A DNA stretch of 64,000 nucleotides from Promethearchaeota archaeon (GCA_016839555.1 JAEOUA010000005.1:96595-160594); one strand, 5' to 3'. Positions 31,567 to 42,742 are shown, counted from the first letter of the stretch. Notes: a model not told the origin generated them from the sequence alone. Made by a program: numbers and translations.

Positions 31567-32721
31567 ATGATAATGATTGATAAAGTAGCAATATGCGGTG
31601 TAGCGCAGACTAAATATGAACGGCAAAAAATTGACTTAACAATATCAGAACTAGTCTTTGAAGTAGTAAAGAAACTACATAAAGAATTAAATATAACGAA
31701 TGATGATGTTGGATGCGTGATTTCTAGTTCTAATGACTTTAATGATGGCCGTACCATAGCAAATATGGCGATTCAAGACGCTGTCGGTTCTGTAAGAAAG
31801 GCTGAATCGAGAGTATCTGGAGATGGTGCATTTGCTTATGTTTATGGAGCAATGAGAATCCTTTCAGAGGAATATGAAACAGTTTTAGTTGTTTCTCATA
31901 CCAAATGCTCTGAGGGAGATCAATATCTTATAAATAATAGCATCTTTGATCCTTTTTTCCAGAGACATTTAGGACTTGACCAAATATCTGCGGCTGGTCT
32001 AATGGCTAATATGTACATGAACAAATACGGAGTGACGGAAGAACAAGCAGCAAAAGTGGTAGTTAAAAATCGAAAAAATGCCTTGTTAAATCCATATGCT
32101 CATCTTCAAAAAGAAGTGAGTATTGATGATGTTCTAACGTCACCAATGTTAGCATATCCACTGAAAGAATTGGATTTTCCTCCCTTTTCAGACGGCGCAG
32201 TAGCCATGCTTCTCGCAAATGAAGAAAAAGCAAAAGAATTGACTGATACTCCTGTGTGGTTAAAAGGCTATGCAAGCTGTACTGATGCTTATTACTTAGG
32301 TCATAGAACTATGACAGATTTGATTGGTTTAGAATTAGCAGCAAAGGAAGCCTATAAAATAGCAAATATTAATAATCCCGTGAAAGAATTAGATGTAGCC
32401 GAAGTATATGATGCATTTTCAGTCCATGAGTTAATGAGTTATGAAGCCTTAGATTTTTGCGAAAAAGGAGAAGGGGGCAAATTTATTGAAAGCGGGGAGA
32501 CTCAATTAAATGGTTCGATTCCCGTAAATCCTTCGGGTGGCGTTCTCTCAAGTAACCCAACTATGGCAAATGGTTTGATTCGGGTGGCTGAAGTAGCATT
32601 GCAGTTAATGGGCAAGGCTGAAAAACGTCAAATTCCAGATGCTAAGATCGGACTTGCGAATGGAATGAATGGAATATGTTCTCAAGGTAATTGTGTATTA
32701 ATATTTTCTGGAGGTAAATAG
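31567..32721 (+). CDS. Ltp4-like thiolase-fold protein (no catalytic Cys or His)
   Basis: DFNDGR, ESRVSGDGAFA, EVYDAF, NPSGGVLSSNP. Exact start uncertain. Confidence 0.75.
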   Translation: MIMIDKVAICGVAQTKYERQKIDLTISELVFEVVKKLHKELNITNDDVGCVISSSNDFNDGRTIANMAIQDAVGSVRKAESRVSGDGAFAYVYGAMRILSEEYETVLVVSHTKCSEGDQYLINNSIFDPFFQRHLGLDQISAAGLMANMYMNKYGVTEEQAAKVVVKNRKNALLNPYAHLQKEVSIDDVLTSPMLAYPLKELDFPPFSDGAVAMLLANEEKAKELTDTPVWLKGYASCTDAYYLGHRTMTDLIGLELAAKEAYKIANINNPVKELDVAEVYDAFSVHELMSYEALDFCEKGEGGKFIESGETQLNGSIPVNPSGGVLSSNPTMANGLIRVAEVALQLMGKAEKRQIPDAKIGLANGMNGICSQGNCVLIFSGGK

Positions 32722-32726
32722 AAAAA

Positions 32727-33893
32727 ATGGCGAAAAATAATGTAGGTGTTGTTGGAATAGGGCAAACAAAATTCACAAGTAAGCGACGTGATGTGAATAT
32801 ACCTGAAATGATTTATGAAGCAGTTGAAATGGCGTTAGATGATGCGCAGCTTGCACCTGATGATATTGATGCTATTCTTATTGGTAATATGGATCATTTT
32901 GAAGGAATTAATTTCTCAGAAATGTGGTGTGGCATTGATTCTGCTCCAGGGTATCTTAAACCTGTGGTTAAAATAGCGACAGGTGGAACAACAGGCAGCT
33001 CCTTAGGGATCGCGGGATATTATAACGTGGCCTCGGGCATTTATGATAAAGTGTTAGTGGTTGGATGGGAAAAATTGAATGAGGGAGGTGCTACTACGGG
33101 AATTATAACTGCATTTGATCCTGTATGGGAACGACCCTCTCTAGCGGGAGCTTTAGGTCCTTTAGCTCTTATGGCAAATATGTATATGAATAAATATAAT
33201 GTGAGTCCTGAAACGGCCGCAATGGTGACTGTTAAAAATCGTAGTAATGCTGCAAATAATCCTTTTGCCCATTTACAGATGCCAAATATAACTTTAGAAT
33301 CAGTGATGAATTCACAGATGATTTCTTATCCCTTAAGATTGAATGATTGTTGTCCTCAAAGTGAGGGAGCCTGTGCGGTTATATATGCTAATGAACAAGA
33401 AGCAAAGAAAATTCGAGATAATCCTGCGTGGGTTCATTCTGTGGCAACTGTTCATTATTATACCTATGGATGTGATGATGTGATGTTTGATCTGCCTACT
33501 GCGACAATAGCTTCCAAAAAGGCATATAAGAAGGCTGGGATCAAGGATCCAATAAAAGATTTGGATGTTGCAGAGGTATACGAGCCAACTTCATGGGCAG
33601 AACTTTCGTGGACTGAAGCATTAGGTTTTGCAGAACCGGGAAAAGGAGGAGAGATATTACGAGAAGGGATTACCCAAATGGGCGGAGAATTACCAGTTAA
33701 TCCATCTGGAGGAGTATTAAGTACTAATCCAATTGGCGCCACCGCTTTAGTACGTATAGCTGAAGCAGCGATTCAGGTAATGGGAATAGGCGGAAAGCGA
33801 CAAGTTCCAGATGCAGAAAGGGCGCTTGCCATGGGATTTGGAGGAAGTTTATGGACTGAATTAGTAATATTAGGAAATGAACCTCCGAGGTGA
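32727..33893 (+). CDS. Ltp3-like thiolase-fold protein (putative retro-aldolase subunit)
   Basis: GQTKFTSKRRDV, DHFEG, IATGGTTG (no Cys), DCCPQSEGAC, EVYEP, NPSGGVLSTNPIGA. Confidence 0.8.
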   Translation: MAKNNVGVVGIGQTKFTSKRRDVNIPEMIYEAVEMALDDAQLAPDDIDAILIGNMDHFEGINFSEMWCGIDSAPGYLKPVVKIATGGTTGSSLGIAGYYNVASGIYDKVLVVGWEKLNEGGATTGIITAFDPVWERPSLAGALGPLALMANMYMNKYNVSPETAAMVTVKNRSNAANNPFAHLQMPNITLESVMNSQMISYPLRLNDCCPQSEGACAVIYANEQEAKKIRDNPAWVHSVATVHYYTYGCDDVMFDLPTATIASKKAYKKAGIKDPIKDLDVAEVYEPTSWAELSWTEALGFAEPGKGGEILREGITQMGGELPVNPSGGVLSTNPIGATALVRIAEAAIQVMGIGGKRQVPDAERALAMGFGGSLWTELVILGNEPPR

Positions 33894-33900
33894 TTCAATA

Positions 33901-34377
33901 ATGGCAAAAAAAAAGAAAGAATTTGAAATAAGATGGAAAACAGATTTACCTTATAAATATTCAATGGGTAAATTATCTGTCAAATTTTTTAAAGTTTTAA
34001 AGGAAGAAAGAAAATTTTTTGGAAGCAAATGCCCACAATGTGGAAAAGTTAATTTTCCTCCAAGAGCAGTATGCGCGGAATGCATAATTGAGATGACTGT
34101 CGATGATATGGTCGAAGTTCCTTCAGTAGGAACATTAGTTGGATTTACCGTGGTTAACTATCCTTTTGTAGACCCTCAAACTGGTGGCATGAGACCCTTT
34201 CCTTATGGATATGGGTTGTTTCAATTGGATGGAGTTGATACATATACCATGCATTTCATCAACGAAAAGGATGTTAACAAAATGAAGATTGGGCAAAGAG
34301 TTAGGGCAGTTTTCAAAGATGAAATGGAGGGCAATCTCGGGGATATCCCATATTTTGATATTATAAAGGAGGAATAA
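33901..34377 (+). CDS. DUF35 Zn-ribbon/OB-fold protein
   Basis: KCPQCG..FPPRAVCAEC; GAGGTGA RBS before ATG 33901. Confidence 0.88.
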   Translation: MAKKKKEFEIRWKTDLPYKYSMGKLSVKFFKVLKEERKFFGSKCPQCGKVNFPPRAVCAECIIEMTVDDMVEVPSVGTLVGFTVVNYPFVDPQTGGMRPFPYGYGLFQLDGVDTYTMHFINEKDVNKMKIGQRVRAVFKDEMEGNLGDIPYFDIIKEE

Positions 34378-34392
34378 AAGGAGGAAAATAAG

Positions 34393-34839
34393 ATGAGTGA
34401 AGAGGATGAAAAAGTATATAAAGGAAGAATAAAAGTACCTTATTCACATACCGCAGGCAAATATGTAAAAAAATTTCTGGAAGAGATCGGAAAAAATCAG
34501 AGAATTATGGGAGTCAAATGTCCTAACTGTGGTAAGGTATATGTGCCTCCAAAAATGGTCTGTTTCAAATGCTTCAAAAAAATGGATGAATGGGTAGAAG
34601 TAGGTAATCAAGGAGTTGTGAACGGATTTTCGGTAGTGATGCATTCTACTCCTGTTATGCCCTTAAAACCTCCCTTTGGCTATGGAATAATTCGTCTTGA
34701 TGGAGCAGATACTGATTTTGTGCATTTAATCAAAGAAGGGGATCCCAGTAAATTAAAAATTGGTATGAGAGTAGAAGCAGTGTTTAAAGATCACCGTCAG
34801 AAAAAAATCACAGACATAGAATACTTTAAGCCGGTATAA
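34393..34839 (+). CDS. DUF35 Zn-ribbon/OB-fold protein
   Basis: KCPNCG..VPPKMVCFKC, LDGADT, GMRVEAVF. Confidence 0.88.
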   Translation: MSEEDEKVYKGRIKVPYSHTAGKYVKKFLEEIGKNQRIMGVKCPNCGKVYVPPKMVCFKCFKKMDEWVEVGNQGVVNGFSVVMHSTPVMPLKPPFGYGIIRLDGADTDFVHLIKEGDPSKLKIGMRVEAVFKDHRQKKITDIEYFKPV

Positions 34840-34939
34840 TAAAAATTTAATTAGAAATTATTTTTTTTCTGATTATTCTCTTTTTTTAAAGAAAAAAATA
34901 GGAAAAAAAAATAAAAAAGATATAGATATAAATTATTAT

Positions 34940-35830
34940 TTAAAGTGTTACAGATTCATTTATTAGATTGAATTCTTTCGCTGCTTCCTTTCCTTGTACA
35001 ACTTTCCTTCCAGATTTTTCTGCCGTCTCTTTTGCCCAAGCTACTTGTTCCCAACTTCCTTTTGCTAATTCTCCATTAGGCATCTTTATATTATCTTCTA
35101 ATCCGACTCTCACATGACCGCCCCATGCAATTGCACATAAACCGGCTTGAAATTGCTGATCTGAAACACCACAAACACTCCAAGTTGCATCTTCTGGCAT
35201 TACATTTAGCATATGCGCAAAATTCATGGGAGTAAAGGGGATACCACCGCAGACACCGAAAACCATTTGAAAATGAAGCGGCTGCTCAAACATTCCTTCT
35301 TGCTTATTTAGGAGAAGCATATTATAAAGACCACCCATGTCATATATTTCCATTTCTGGTTTGGTGCCTGCTTTTTGCATATGCCGTGCAAAATTCTGAA
35401 TTGTCTTAAAATTATTTGTGAATACATTACCAGCAGCTAGAACAATTTCTCCTGTTTTCCAATTAGCGACCGAGAAATTCATAGAATTTGTATTTAAAGA
35501 CGCTAAGGGTGGCTTGAATGTTCTTACAGGCATTATCCGTTCTCTATCTGTAGCATTAATACTGATTGCACTACTTAAATTAATTAAAATATCTGGCGCT
35601 TTTTGTTTGATATTAGTTACTGTTTCCCGTATAATGTCTAAATCAGAAGTTGGAAGCCCTTTATCATCTCTGGCATGAATATGAACTACAGCCGCTCCAG
35701 CATCATAACATTTTTTGGCTTCATCTCCAAATTCTTCTGGAGTATATGGAACTGCTTCATTCTGTACCTTTCGAGTTACTGCTCCCGCAAGAGCAGCTGA
35801 AATAACCAGATTTTCACTTTGATGAACCAT
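34940..35830 (-). CDS. Beta-keto acid cleavage enzyme (BKACE/Kce, DUF849)
   Basis: PYTPEE, HIHAR, KPEMEIYD, GGHVRVGLEDN. Confidence 0.9.
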   Translation of the reverse strand: MVHQSENLVISAALAGAVTRKVQNEAVPYTPEEFGDEAKKCYDAGAAVVHIHARDDKGLPTSDLDIIRETVTNIKQKAPDILINLSSAISINATDRERIMPVRTFKPPLASLNTNSMNFSVANWKTGEIVLAAGNVFTNNFKTIQNFARHMQKAGTKPEMEIYDMGGLYNMLLLNKQEGMFEQPLHFQMVFGVCGGIPFTPMNFAHMLNVMPEDATWSVCGVSDQQFQAGLCAIAWGGHVRVGLEDNIKMPNGELAKGSWEQVAWAKETAEKSGRKVVQGKEAAKEFNLINESVTL

Positions 35831-36281
35831 ATTTTTTTCACTCTTTTCTTTTTAGTTCTTATTCAAATAATTAAACTTTGAATTATTTGACATCTATTAT
35901 ATAAATTATTCTTTTCTTTTATATTTAAATTTTAAATTAATAAAATAGAATGAAAAATAATTATCCTTTCTAAAAATTATCCTATTTCTTAAGAAGATAG
36001 ACTATAAATAGGCTAAAATTTTAGACTTATAATCTAAAGGGAAATGTAAATAAGAAGCTAATATTTTCTTTCTTATAAATAGATTATTTTCTTGTAAATA
36101 TATAATTGCCGAGAAGAATCCTTTCAAATTAATATTATTATTCTAAATAGCTAAATCCTATAAACACTTAAATATTTTATAATATGCGATATAAAAATAA
36201 AAAATATCATTTTCAGTTTGATGTAAATTTAATCAAAAAATTACGAAAAAACCCAATAAATAAATAAAATAAGGTTTGAAA

Positions 36282-38114
36282 ATGAAAGGATTTATTGGAA
36301 AATTATTAGAGATCGATCTATCTACCCATCAAATAAATCACTTGGATTTAGATGAAGAAATTACGGAAAAATTTTTAGGTGCTGCAGGATATTCTGTGCG
36401 GTATTTATATGATAAAATAAACAGAAATATAAATCCATTAGGGCCAGATAACATTCTTATGTTCATGACAGGGCCTTTATGTGGTTCCAATGTTCCTACA
36501 AGCGGTCGATTTACGGTTTGTGCTAAATCTCCTTATACTGGTATTTGGGGTGAGGCGAATTGTGGAGGATATTTCGGCCCAGAGTTAAAAAAAGCCGGAT
36601 TTGATGGAATTATTATAAAAGGAATATCTGATACTCCTGTTTATCTAGATATAACTGAGGACAATATTGAGATTAAAGATGCCTCCCATTTATGGGGTAA
36701 AGGTGCTTTAGAAACACATGAAATATTAAAGGAAGAGGATAAATTAACCAGAGTGGCGTGTATCGGTCAAGCGGGAGAAAATCTGGTGAAATTCGCAAAT
36801 ATAGTTTCCGAAGATAAATTAGCGGGAAGGACAGGCATGGGTGCTATTATGGGGTCTAAAAAATTGAAAGCTATTGCTTGCAGAGGCTCCAAACGAGTAT
36901 ATGAGCCTGCAGATCCCGAAGCATTTAAAATAGCAGTAAAAAATATGTTAGATGAAGTTAATAAGGCCTTTGCAACTCAGATGTTTGGGGCCTTAGGAAC
37001 GGCTGCTGGAGTAGATAAATATAATGTAGAGGGAGAATTACCAATAAAATATTGGACTAAAGGAGAATGGGACAAAGCTTTTAATCTTTCAGGTGCAAGT
37101 GCTTCAGAAAAAATATTTACCAAAAAATATCCATGTTTTTCATGCCCTATTGGATGCGCCCATAAAGCTTCTGTGTCTAAAGGAAAATATGCGTTTGAAG
37201 GGGAGCGAGAAGCCCCTGAATATGAAACAATAGTAAGCTTTGGTTCTCTTATTTTAAATGATGATTTGGAATCCATCGTTGAAGCTAATTATTTATGTAA
37301 TCAATATGGAATGGATACCATAAGTGGAGGAAGTACAATTGCATTTATTTATTATTTATACAATGATGGTAAAATAACCACTGAGGATATTGACGGATTA
37401 AAACCCGAATGGGGTGATATAGAACCAGCACTGCAGATGATTAAAAAAATAGCTTTTCGAGAAGGTATTGGAGATGTCTTAGCAGAAGGATCCAATGCAG
37501 TGGGAAAAAAATTCGGAATCTCTCAGCAGGAGATTGCCACTGCCTTAGGGCAAGAAGTTCCTTATCATGATCTAAGGCATTCGTGGGGGATGGCATTATC
37601 TTATTCAGTAGGTACTCCCCGTGGACCTTGTCACATGGCATCTGATACTTATACCGTTCTTTTAGGCTACCCATTTGAAGATTTGGGATTTGAAAGTGTA
37701 GACAGATGTAGTGATGGAGAAATAATGGCCAAAGATGCGGCAATTGTATATGATTATCGGGCATTATATAATTCATTAGTAATATGCGCGTTGTGCAATC
37801 CTGAACCGTCCATCTTAGCTGAAGTTATAAAAACGGCTCTAGGATTGGATTTTGATGTCGAAAAGATGAAAAAAATGGGTGAACGAATCTATACAATGAA
37901 ACGATTATTTAATTTAAAAATGGGATTGACTCCTGCTGATGAAATTCTTCCCGAGATTCTCTTAAATCCTTTAGAAGAAGGAGGTTCTGCGGGAAAGAGC
38001 CCTGATTTTGAAAAGTTAAAAAAAGCTTTTTATGAGTATCGAGATTGGGGCTTAGAGACGGGATACCCATCAGAAGAAAAGCTCAAAGAAGTGGGGCTGG
38101 AAAATCTGATATAA
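36282..38114 (+). CDS. aor: Tungsten-containing aldehyde:ferredoxin oxidoreductase
   Basis: KSPYTG, AGRTGMGAIMGSKKLKAI, CFSCPIGC, PEYET, GMDTIS. Confidence 0.92.
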   Translation: MKGFIGKLLEIDLSTHQINHLDLDEEITEKFLGAAGYSVRYLYDKINRNINPLGPDNILMFMTGPLCGSNVPTSGRFTVCAKSPYTGIWGEANCGGYFGPELKKAGFDGIIIKGISDTPVYLDITEDNIEIKDASHLWGKGALETHEILKEEDKLTRVACIGQAGENLVKFANIVSEDKLAGRTGMGAIMGSKKLKAIACRGSKRVYEPADPEAFKIAVKNMLDEVNKAFATQMFGALGTAAGVDKYNVEGELPIKYWTKGEWDKAFNLSGASASEKIFTKKYPCFSCPIGCAHKASVSKGKYAFEGEREAPEYETIVSFGSLILNDDLESIVEANYLCNQYGMDTISGGSTIAFIYYLYNDGKITTEDIDGLKPEWGDIEPALQMIKKIAFREGIGDVLAEGSNAVGKKFGISQQEIATALGQEVPYHDLRHSWGMALSYSVGTPRGPCHMASDTYTVLLGYPFEDLGFESVDRCSDGEIMAKDAAIVYDYRALYNSLVICALCNPEPSILAEVIKTALGLDFDVEKMKKMGERIYTMKRLFNLKMGLTPADEILPEILLNPLEEGGSAGKSPDFEKLKKAFYEYRDWGLETGYPSEEKLKEVGLENLI

Positions 38115-38260
38115 CTTTTTAATACTTTTTATTCATTTCTTTTCTATACCATTCTCCTTCTATTTCTTAAATTATTTTAAATCTTATATATGATTGTGCT
38201 TTCTAAATATTAATAAACATCTTTATACTAATTATATTAAAAAAAATGAGATGATTCAAA

Positions 38261-38716
38261 ATGCCTAAATTTGGAACTCAAGAATGGTGTAATGCCTATT
38301 GTGAAGCAATAAATGGTAATGAAGCTTATGCGGAAGCAGCATCCTGGTGGGAAGGTGATTTTATATTCATTGTTCATCCTAGTGGTCCATTAGATCATGA
38401 AATCCGTATGTGGATTGGTCTCAATCATGGTAAATGCACTGGCGCAAAAATTCTCAAAGAAGATGAAGAATATATTATTTTAGAAAAAGGTCAAAAGGCA
38501 AGTGGAAATCCTCCTCCCCCTTATGAAGCGGAATATGTATATTCAGCTAATTATGATAATTGGGTGAAAATTTTAAAAAGCGAATTAGATTCAGTTCGGG
38601 CCCTTTTATCAGGACAAGCAAAAGTAGTGGGAGATATGGCGAAAATAATGAGGGCTACGAAAGCGGCCCAAGAGCTCGTAAGATCCACCACATTAATCGA
38701 AACAGAACTGTATTAA
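38261..38716 (+). CDS. SCP2 sterol-binding domain protein
   Basis: Close paralog of 28837-29238 (WEGD..PSGPLDHE) with a Pro-rich insertion. Confidence 0.88.
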   Translation: MPKFGTQEWCNAYCEAINGNEAYAEAASWWEGDFIFIVHPSGPLDHEIRMWIGLNHGKCTGAKILKEDEEYIILEKGQKASGNPPPPYEAEYVYSANYDNWVKILKSELDSVRALLSGQAKVVGDMAKIMRATKAAQELVRSTTLIETELY

Positions 38717-39113
38717 AAATAGGAAATAAAAACTTAAATCCCCTCTTTTTTTCTTATTTTATTTCTAGTTTTTTATATTTGAAATATCTTTATCGATTTC
38801 TATTATTATCATTGAATAAATAAGGATTATTACGAGAAAATGAACGAAATTAGGAATAAGAGACAATTACAAGGATTTTAATAAAGTAATCCGCTTGTTT
38901 ATCTAATTTTTTTCGATTGATTTTTTATCCCTTCCTTATTTCTGAGCATACATAACGCTTATCAGTTTTACATAAAAAGTTTTATTACAACTTTAACTTA
39001 TTTTAAAAATATAAACATTTATTATTATTAGTAAAAACATATAATATAATCGAATATATTTATTATAAAATCATAAAATCAAAAAAAAATTCGAAAATAG
39101 GGAGTAATACAAC

Positions 39114-40982
39114 ATGTATGGATATATGGGTAAAATTTTAAGGGTAAATTTGACTAGCGGAGAAATAACCGAAGAATTTCCAGATGAAAAGGTTTTGAAA
39201 GACTTTTTAGGTGGTGCGGGTTTATCTACATGGTATTTAATAAATGAAACAGAGAAAGGAATTGATCCTTTAGGGCCAGATAATAAACTAATTTTTATGA
39301 CAGGACCGCTCACAGGCACCAGTTCTCCCAGTACGGGCAGATATAGTGTTGTTTGTAAGTCCCCTCTTACTGGAGGCTGGGCACAAGCAAATTCTGCTGG
39401 ATACTGGGGAAGAGATTTTAAAAGATCAGGTTTTGATGGAGTTATTTTTGAAGGAAAATCCCCAAAACCAGTCTATTTACTTACGAATGATGGTAAAGCA
39501 GAATTAGTGGATGCCACTGAAATTTGGGGGAAAAATACCTCTGAAGTTACAAAAATTCTTAAAGAAAAACATGGTAAAGAATATAATGTTTCTGGTATTG
39601 GGCCCGCGGGTGAGAATTTAGTTAAATATGCTGCGATAATGAATGATTGTGATGAGCCTTATTATGGAAGAGCAGCTGGAAGATGCGGTGTTGGCGCTGT
39701 GATGGGTTCCAAAAATTTAAAAGCCATTGTCTCATATGGTCGTCAAAAAATAGATGTGGCGCAACCAGATGCATATAGAGAAGAAGCTAAGCAGAGGTAT
39801 GATTGGGTGAATCAGAGTTTATTAAAAATGACTCTTGAAGTATATGGAACGGCCACAATGGTCGATTTAGTGAATGTTAAGGGAGGTCTTCCTACTAGAA
39901 ATTGGCAAACAGGAGTATTTGAAAAAGTGGACGATATAAATGGAACCGCGATTAATGAAACTATTTTGATTGATCGAAAACCCTGTTTTGCGTGTCCTAT
40001 AGCTTGTGGGAGAATTTCTGAAATTAAAGAAGGAAAATATGCAAGCAAAGGTGAAGGACCAGAATACGAGTCTATTGGAGCACTCGGTACTATGTGCGGA
40101 CTCGAGGATTTAAATGCCATTACCTATGCTCATTTTCTATGTAATGAGTATGGGTTGGATACAATTTCAACAGGCAATACGATTGGATTTGCTATTGAGT
40201 GCTTTAAAAAAGGGATATTAACTAAAGGGGATACTGATGGTTTAGAACTTGATTGGAATGACCCCACTTTAATAATAGAGCTTTTAGGAAAGATAGCTCA
40301 TCGAGAAGGAATTGGTGACTTATTAGCAGAAGGAACAAGGGCTATGGCAAAAAAACTTGGAAAGGATTCAGAAAAATTTGCGATGAATGTTAAAGGTTTA
40401 GAACTTCCATGTTATGACAGCCGAGCCGCAAAAATAACAGGCTTAGCATATGCTACCGCTAATAGAGGAGGAGATCATATAACGGCTTATATTGAAGGAC
40501 CTGCCTTTTTAGCTATGCCGTTTATGATCGTGGATGATGCGGATGTAGGAGATCCCTTGCAAGAAATACCTGAAAAAACAAAAGTTGTGAAAGACTTCGA
40601 AGATGCTTTTGGAGTGTTTGATGCTATTGGAGGTTGTAAATTTATGGGTATGGTACTTACCGCAGAAGATTGGGCTTCTTTAATCTCTAAATTATTGGGA
40701 CGGGAATTTACTGTTGATGATTTCAGAAAAACTGGTGAAAGAATCTATAATTTAGAACGTGCTTACCTTATAAGGGAAGGCTTCTCTCGAAAAGATGATA
40801 CTCTTCCAGCACGATTATTAGAAGAACCATTACCTGAAGGACCAGCTGAAGGTCATGTTGTTGATTTGGATCCAATGTTGGATGCATATTATGAATTCCG
40901 TGGTTGGGACAAAGATGGCAAACCAAAGAAAGATAAGCTAGCTGAGCTCGGACTTGATTGGGTCATTGATATAATTTATTAA
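39114..40982 (+). CDS. aor: Tungsten-containing aldehyde:ferredoxin oxidoreductase
   Basis: KSPLTG, GRAAGRCGVGAVMGSKNLKAI, CFACPIAC, GPEYES, GLDTIS. Confidence 0.92.
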   Translation: MYGYMGKILRVNLTSGEITEEFPDEKVLKDFLGGAGLSTWYLINETEKGIDPLGPDNKLIFMTGPLTGTSSPSTGRYSVVCKSPLTGGWAQANSAGYWGRDFKRSGFDGVIFEGKSPKPVYLLTNDGKAELVDATEIWGKNTSEVTKILKEKHGKEYNVSGIGPAGENLVKYAAIMNDCDEPYYGRAAGRCGVGAVMGSKNLKAIVSYGRQKIDVAQPDAYREEAKQRYDWVNQSLLKMTLEVYGTATMVDLVNVKGGLPTRNWQTGVFEKVDDINGTAINETILIDRKPCFACPIACGRISEIKEGKYASKGEGPEYESIGALGTMCGLEDLNAITYAHFLCNEYGLDTISTGNTIGFAIECFKKGILTKGDTDGLELDWNDPTLIIELLGKIAHREGIGDLLAEGTRAMAKKLGKDSEKFAMNVKGLELPCYDSRAAKITGLAYATANRGGDHITAYIEGPAFLAMPFMIVDDADVGDPLQEIPEKTKVVKDFEDAFGVFDAIGGCKFMGMVLTAEDWASLISKLLGREFTVDDFRKTGERIYNLERAYLIREGFSRKDDTLPARLLEEPLPEGPAEGHVVDLDPMLDAYYEFRGWDKDGKPKKDKLAELGLDWVIDIIY

Positions 40983-41044
40983 GCTTTTTTTTTTATATTT
41001 CTTTATATAAAGATTGATTTTAAATTAATTTTTTAAAGGAGTGA

Positions 41045-42742
41045 ATGATGAGTTATCAAGATAAGCCATGGCTCAATTCTTATCAAATTGGACCTTTTAA
41101 ATTAAAACATTCGATGAAACCATATCCTATTATTAACGTTTATCAATTTCTCAAAGATACGGTGGAAAAATTTCCAGATAATATTGCTATTGTATATGCG
41201 GATGAGGAAATGACCTATAAAGATCTTAAGGAAAAAGTCGATAAATTAGCTTCGGCATTAGTAGATCTTGGGGTAAAAAAGGGAGACACCGTTGCAACAG
41301 TGTTTCCCTCATGTCCAGAATTCATAATAGCAGATTATGCTATTATGAAAATAGGAGGTATTCATGTTCCCCTTAGTGTAATGCACAAGGCAAAAGATTT
41401 GCTTTATGAATTAAATGAAAGCAAGGCTGAAATAGTCTTATGCTCTTACAGACGTCTTGAACGGGTGAACCAAATAAAGACAAGGACTAAAATTAAAATT
41501 ATTATTTATGCCCCAACTAAATTATTTCCGGACTATAAATATCCTAAAATGGAAGCTATTTCTGAAGAAAATTATTATCTTTTAGATGAATTAATTCAGA
41601 AATATGAGCCTCACACAGAAGAAGTTGAGATCGATCCAAAAGAGGATGTGGCTTTATTACCATTTACGGGAGGTACGACAGGTGTTCCCAAGGGGACGAT
41701 GCTTACTCATTATAATTTAACTAGCGATACGATTCAAGCATTCCATTGGATGATGGATCCTTTAAAATCTGGGATAATTGGCAAAAGTGCTACCGCGATT
41801 TGTGTACCTTTATTTCATCAATATGGACATTATGCACTCCATATGTGTGTTTCATGGGCATTAAAAATGTATTTAATGGATCCTAGGGATATTCCTAAAA
41901 TTGTAGAGATTATTAACCAAAAACGTCCTTTTATTGTTTTTGCAGTCCCTACACACTATATATACTTCACAAATATGGATTTGAAAAAGGGACAGATTTT
42001 CTATTATTCTGCAGCCGCAGCGTTACCTCCAGAGTTAGCTGGAAAATTTGAAAAGAAATCAGGAGTTCCCATGGGAGAAGGCTATGGTGCAACTGAGACT
42101 TCAGGAGCTGTAACTGTAAATATATCGGCACTATCAAAAGTTACTGGCTTTATGAGTGAAGTAAAGAGGGGTGTAGGGATTCCATTACCAGATACCGAAG
42201 TGAAAATCGTCGATCCTGCATCTGGAGAGGTTCTCCCTATAGGATCTCGTGGAGAATTATGGGTAAAAGGACCACAAATAATGAAAGGATATTGGCCGAC
42301 ACCTGGAAAAGGCTTAAAAGAAGGTGGTTGGCTTCCCATGGGCGATATTGTAGAGATGGATGAGGATGGTTATTTTAAGGTGGTTGATCGAATTAAGGAT
42401 ATGATTAATGTTTCTGGCAATAAAGTATATTCTCGCCAAATAGACGATATTCTACATCAACATGAAGCAGTAGATACAGCTGGCGTCATTGGGGTGCCAG
42501 ATCCTGAAAGACCTGGCAGCGAGCGAGTTAAGGCTTTTATTAAACTTAAACAAGAATATAAAGGAAAGGTAAAAGAAGAAGATTTTATCGAATATCTTAA
42601 AGACAAAGTAATGCCCTATGCAGTCCCCAAATACGTTGAATTTAGAGATGATCTTCCTCTTACAATAGTCATGAAACTCCATAAGAAGAAGCTAAGAGAG
42701 GAAGAAATAGCAAAGATGAAAGAGGAAGGTTTAATTAGCTAA
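41045..42742 (+). CDS. Long-chain acyl-CoA synthetase (AMP-forming)
   Basis: FTGGTTGVPKG, GYGATE, MGD, DRIKDMI. Confidence 0.92.
   Translation: MMSYQDKPWLNSYQIGPFKLKHSMKPYPIINVYQFLKDTVEKFPDNIAIVYADEEMTYKDLKEKVDKLASALVDLGVKKGDTVATVFPSCPEFIIADYAIMKIGGIHVPLSVMHKAKDLLYELNESKAEIVLCSYRRLERVNQIKTRTKIKIIIYAPTKLFPDYKYPKMEAISEENYYLLDELIQKYEPHTEEVEIDPKEDVALLPFTGGTTGVPKGTMLTHYNLTSDTIQAFHWMMDPLKSGIIGKSATAICVPLFHQYGHYALHMCVSWALKMYLMDPRDIPKIVEIINQKRPFIVFAVPTHYIYFTNMDLKKGQIFYYSAAAALPPELAGKFEKKSGVPMGEGYGATETSGAVTVNISALSKVTGFMSEVKRGVGIPLPDTEVKIVDPASGEVLPIGSRGELWVKGPQIMKGYWPTPGKGLKEGGWLPMGDIVEMDEDGYFKVVDRIKDMINVSGNKVYSRQIDDILHQHEAVDTAGVIGVPDPERPGSERVKAFIKLKQEYKGKVKEEDFIEYLKDKVMPYAVPKYVEFRDDLPLTIVMKLHKKKLREEEIAKMKEEGLIS

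Noticed and set aside
38470-38525. In-frame insertion in the second SCP2 as another intron
   Set aside because: No hairpin or BHB-like pairing seen; frame is intact, so treated as a protein loop
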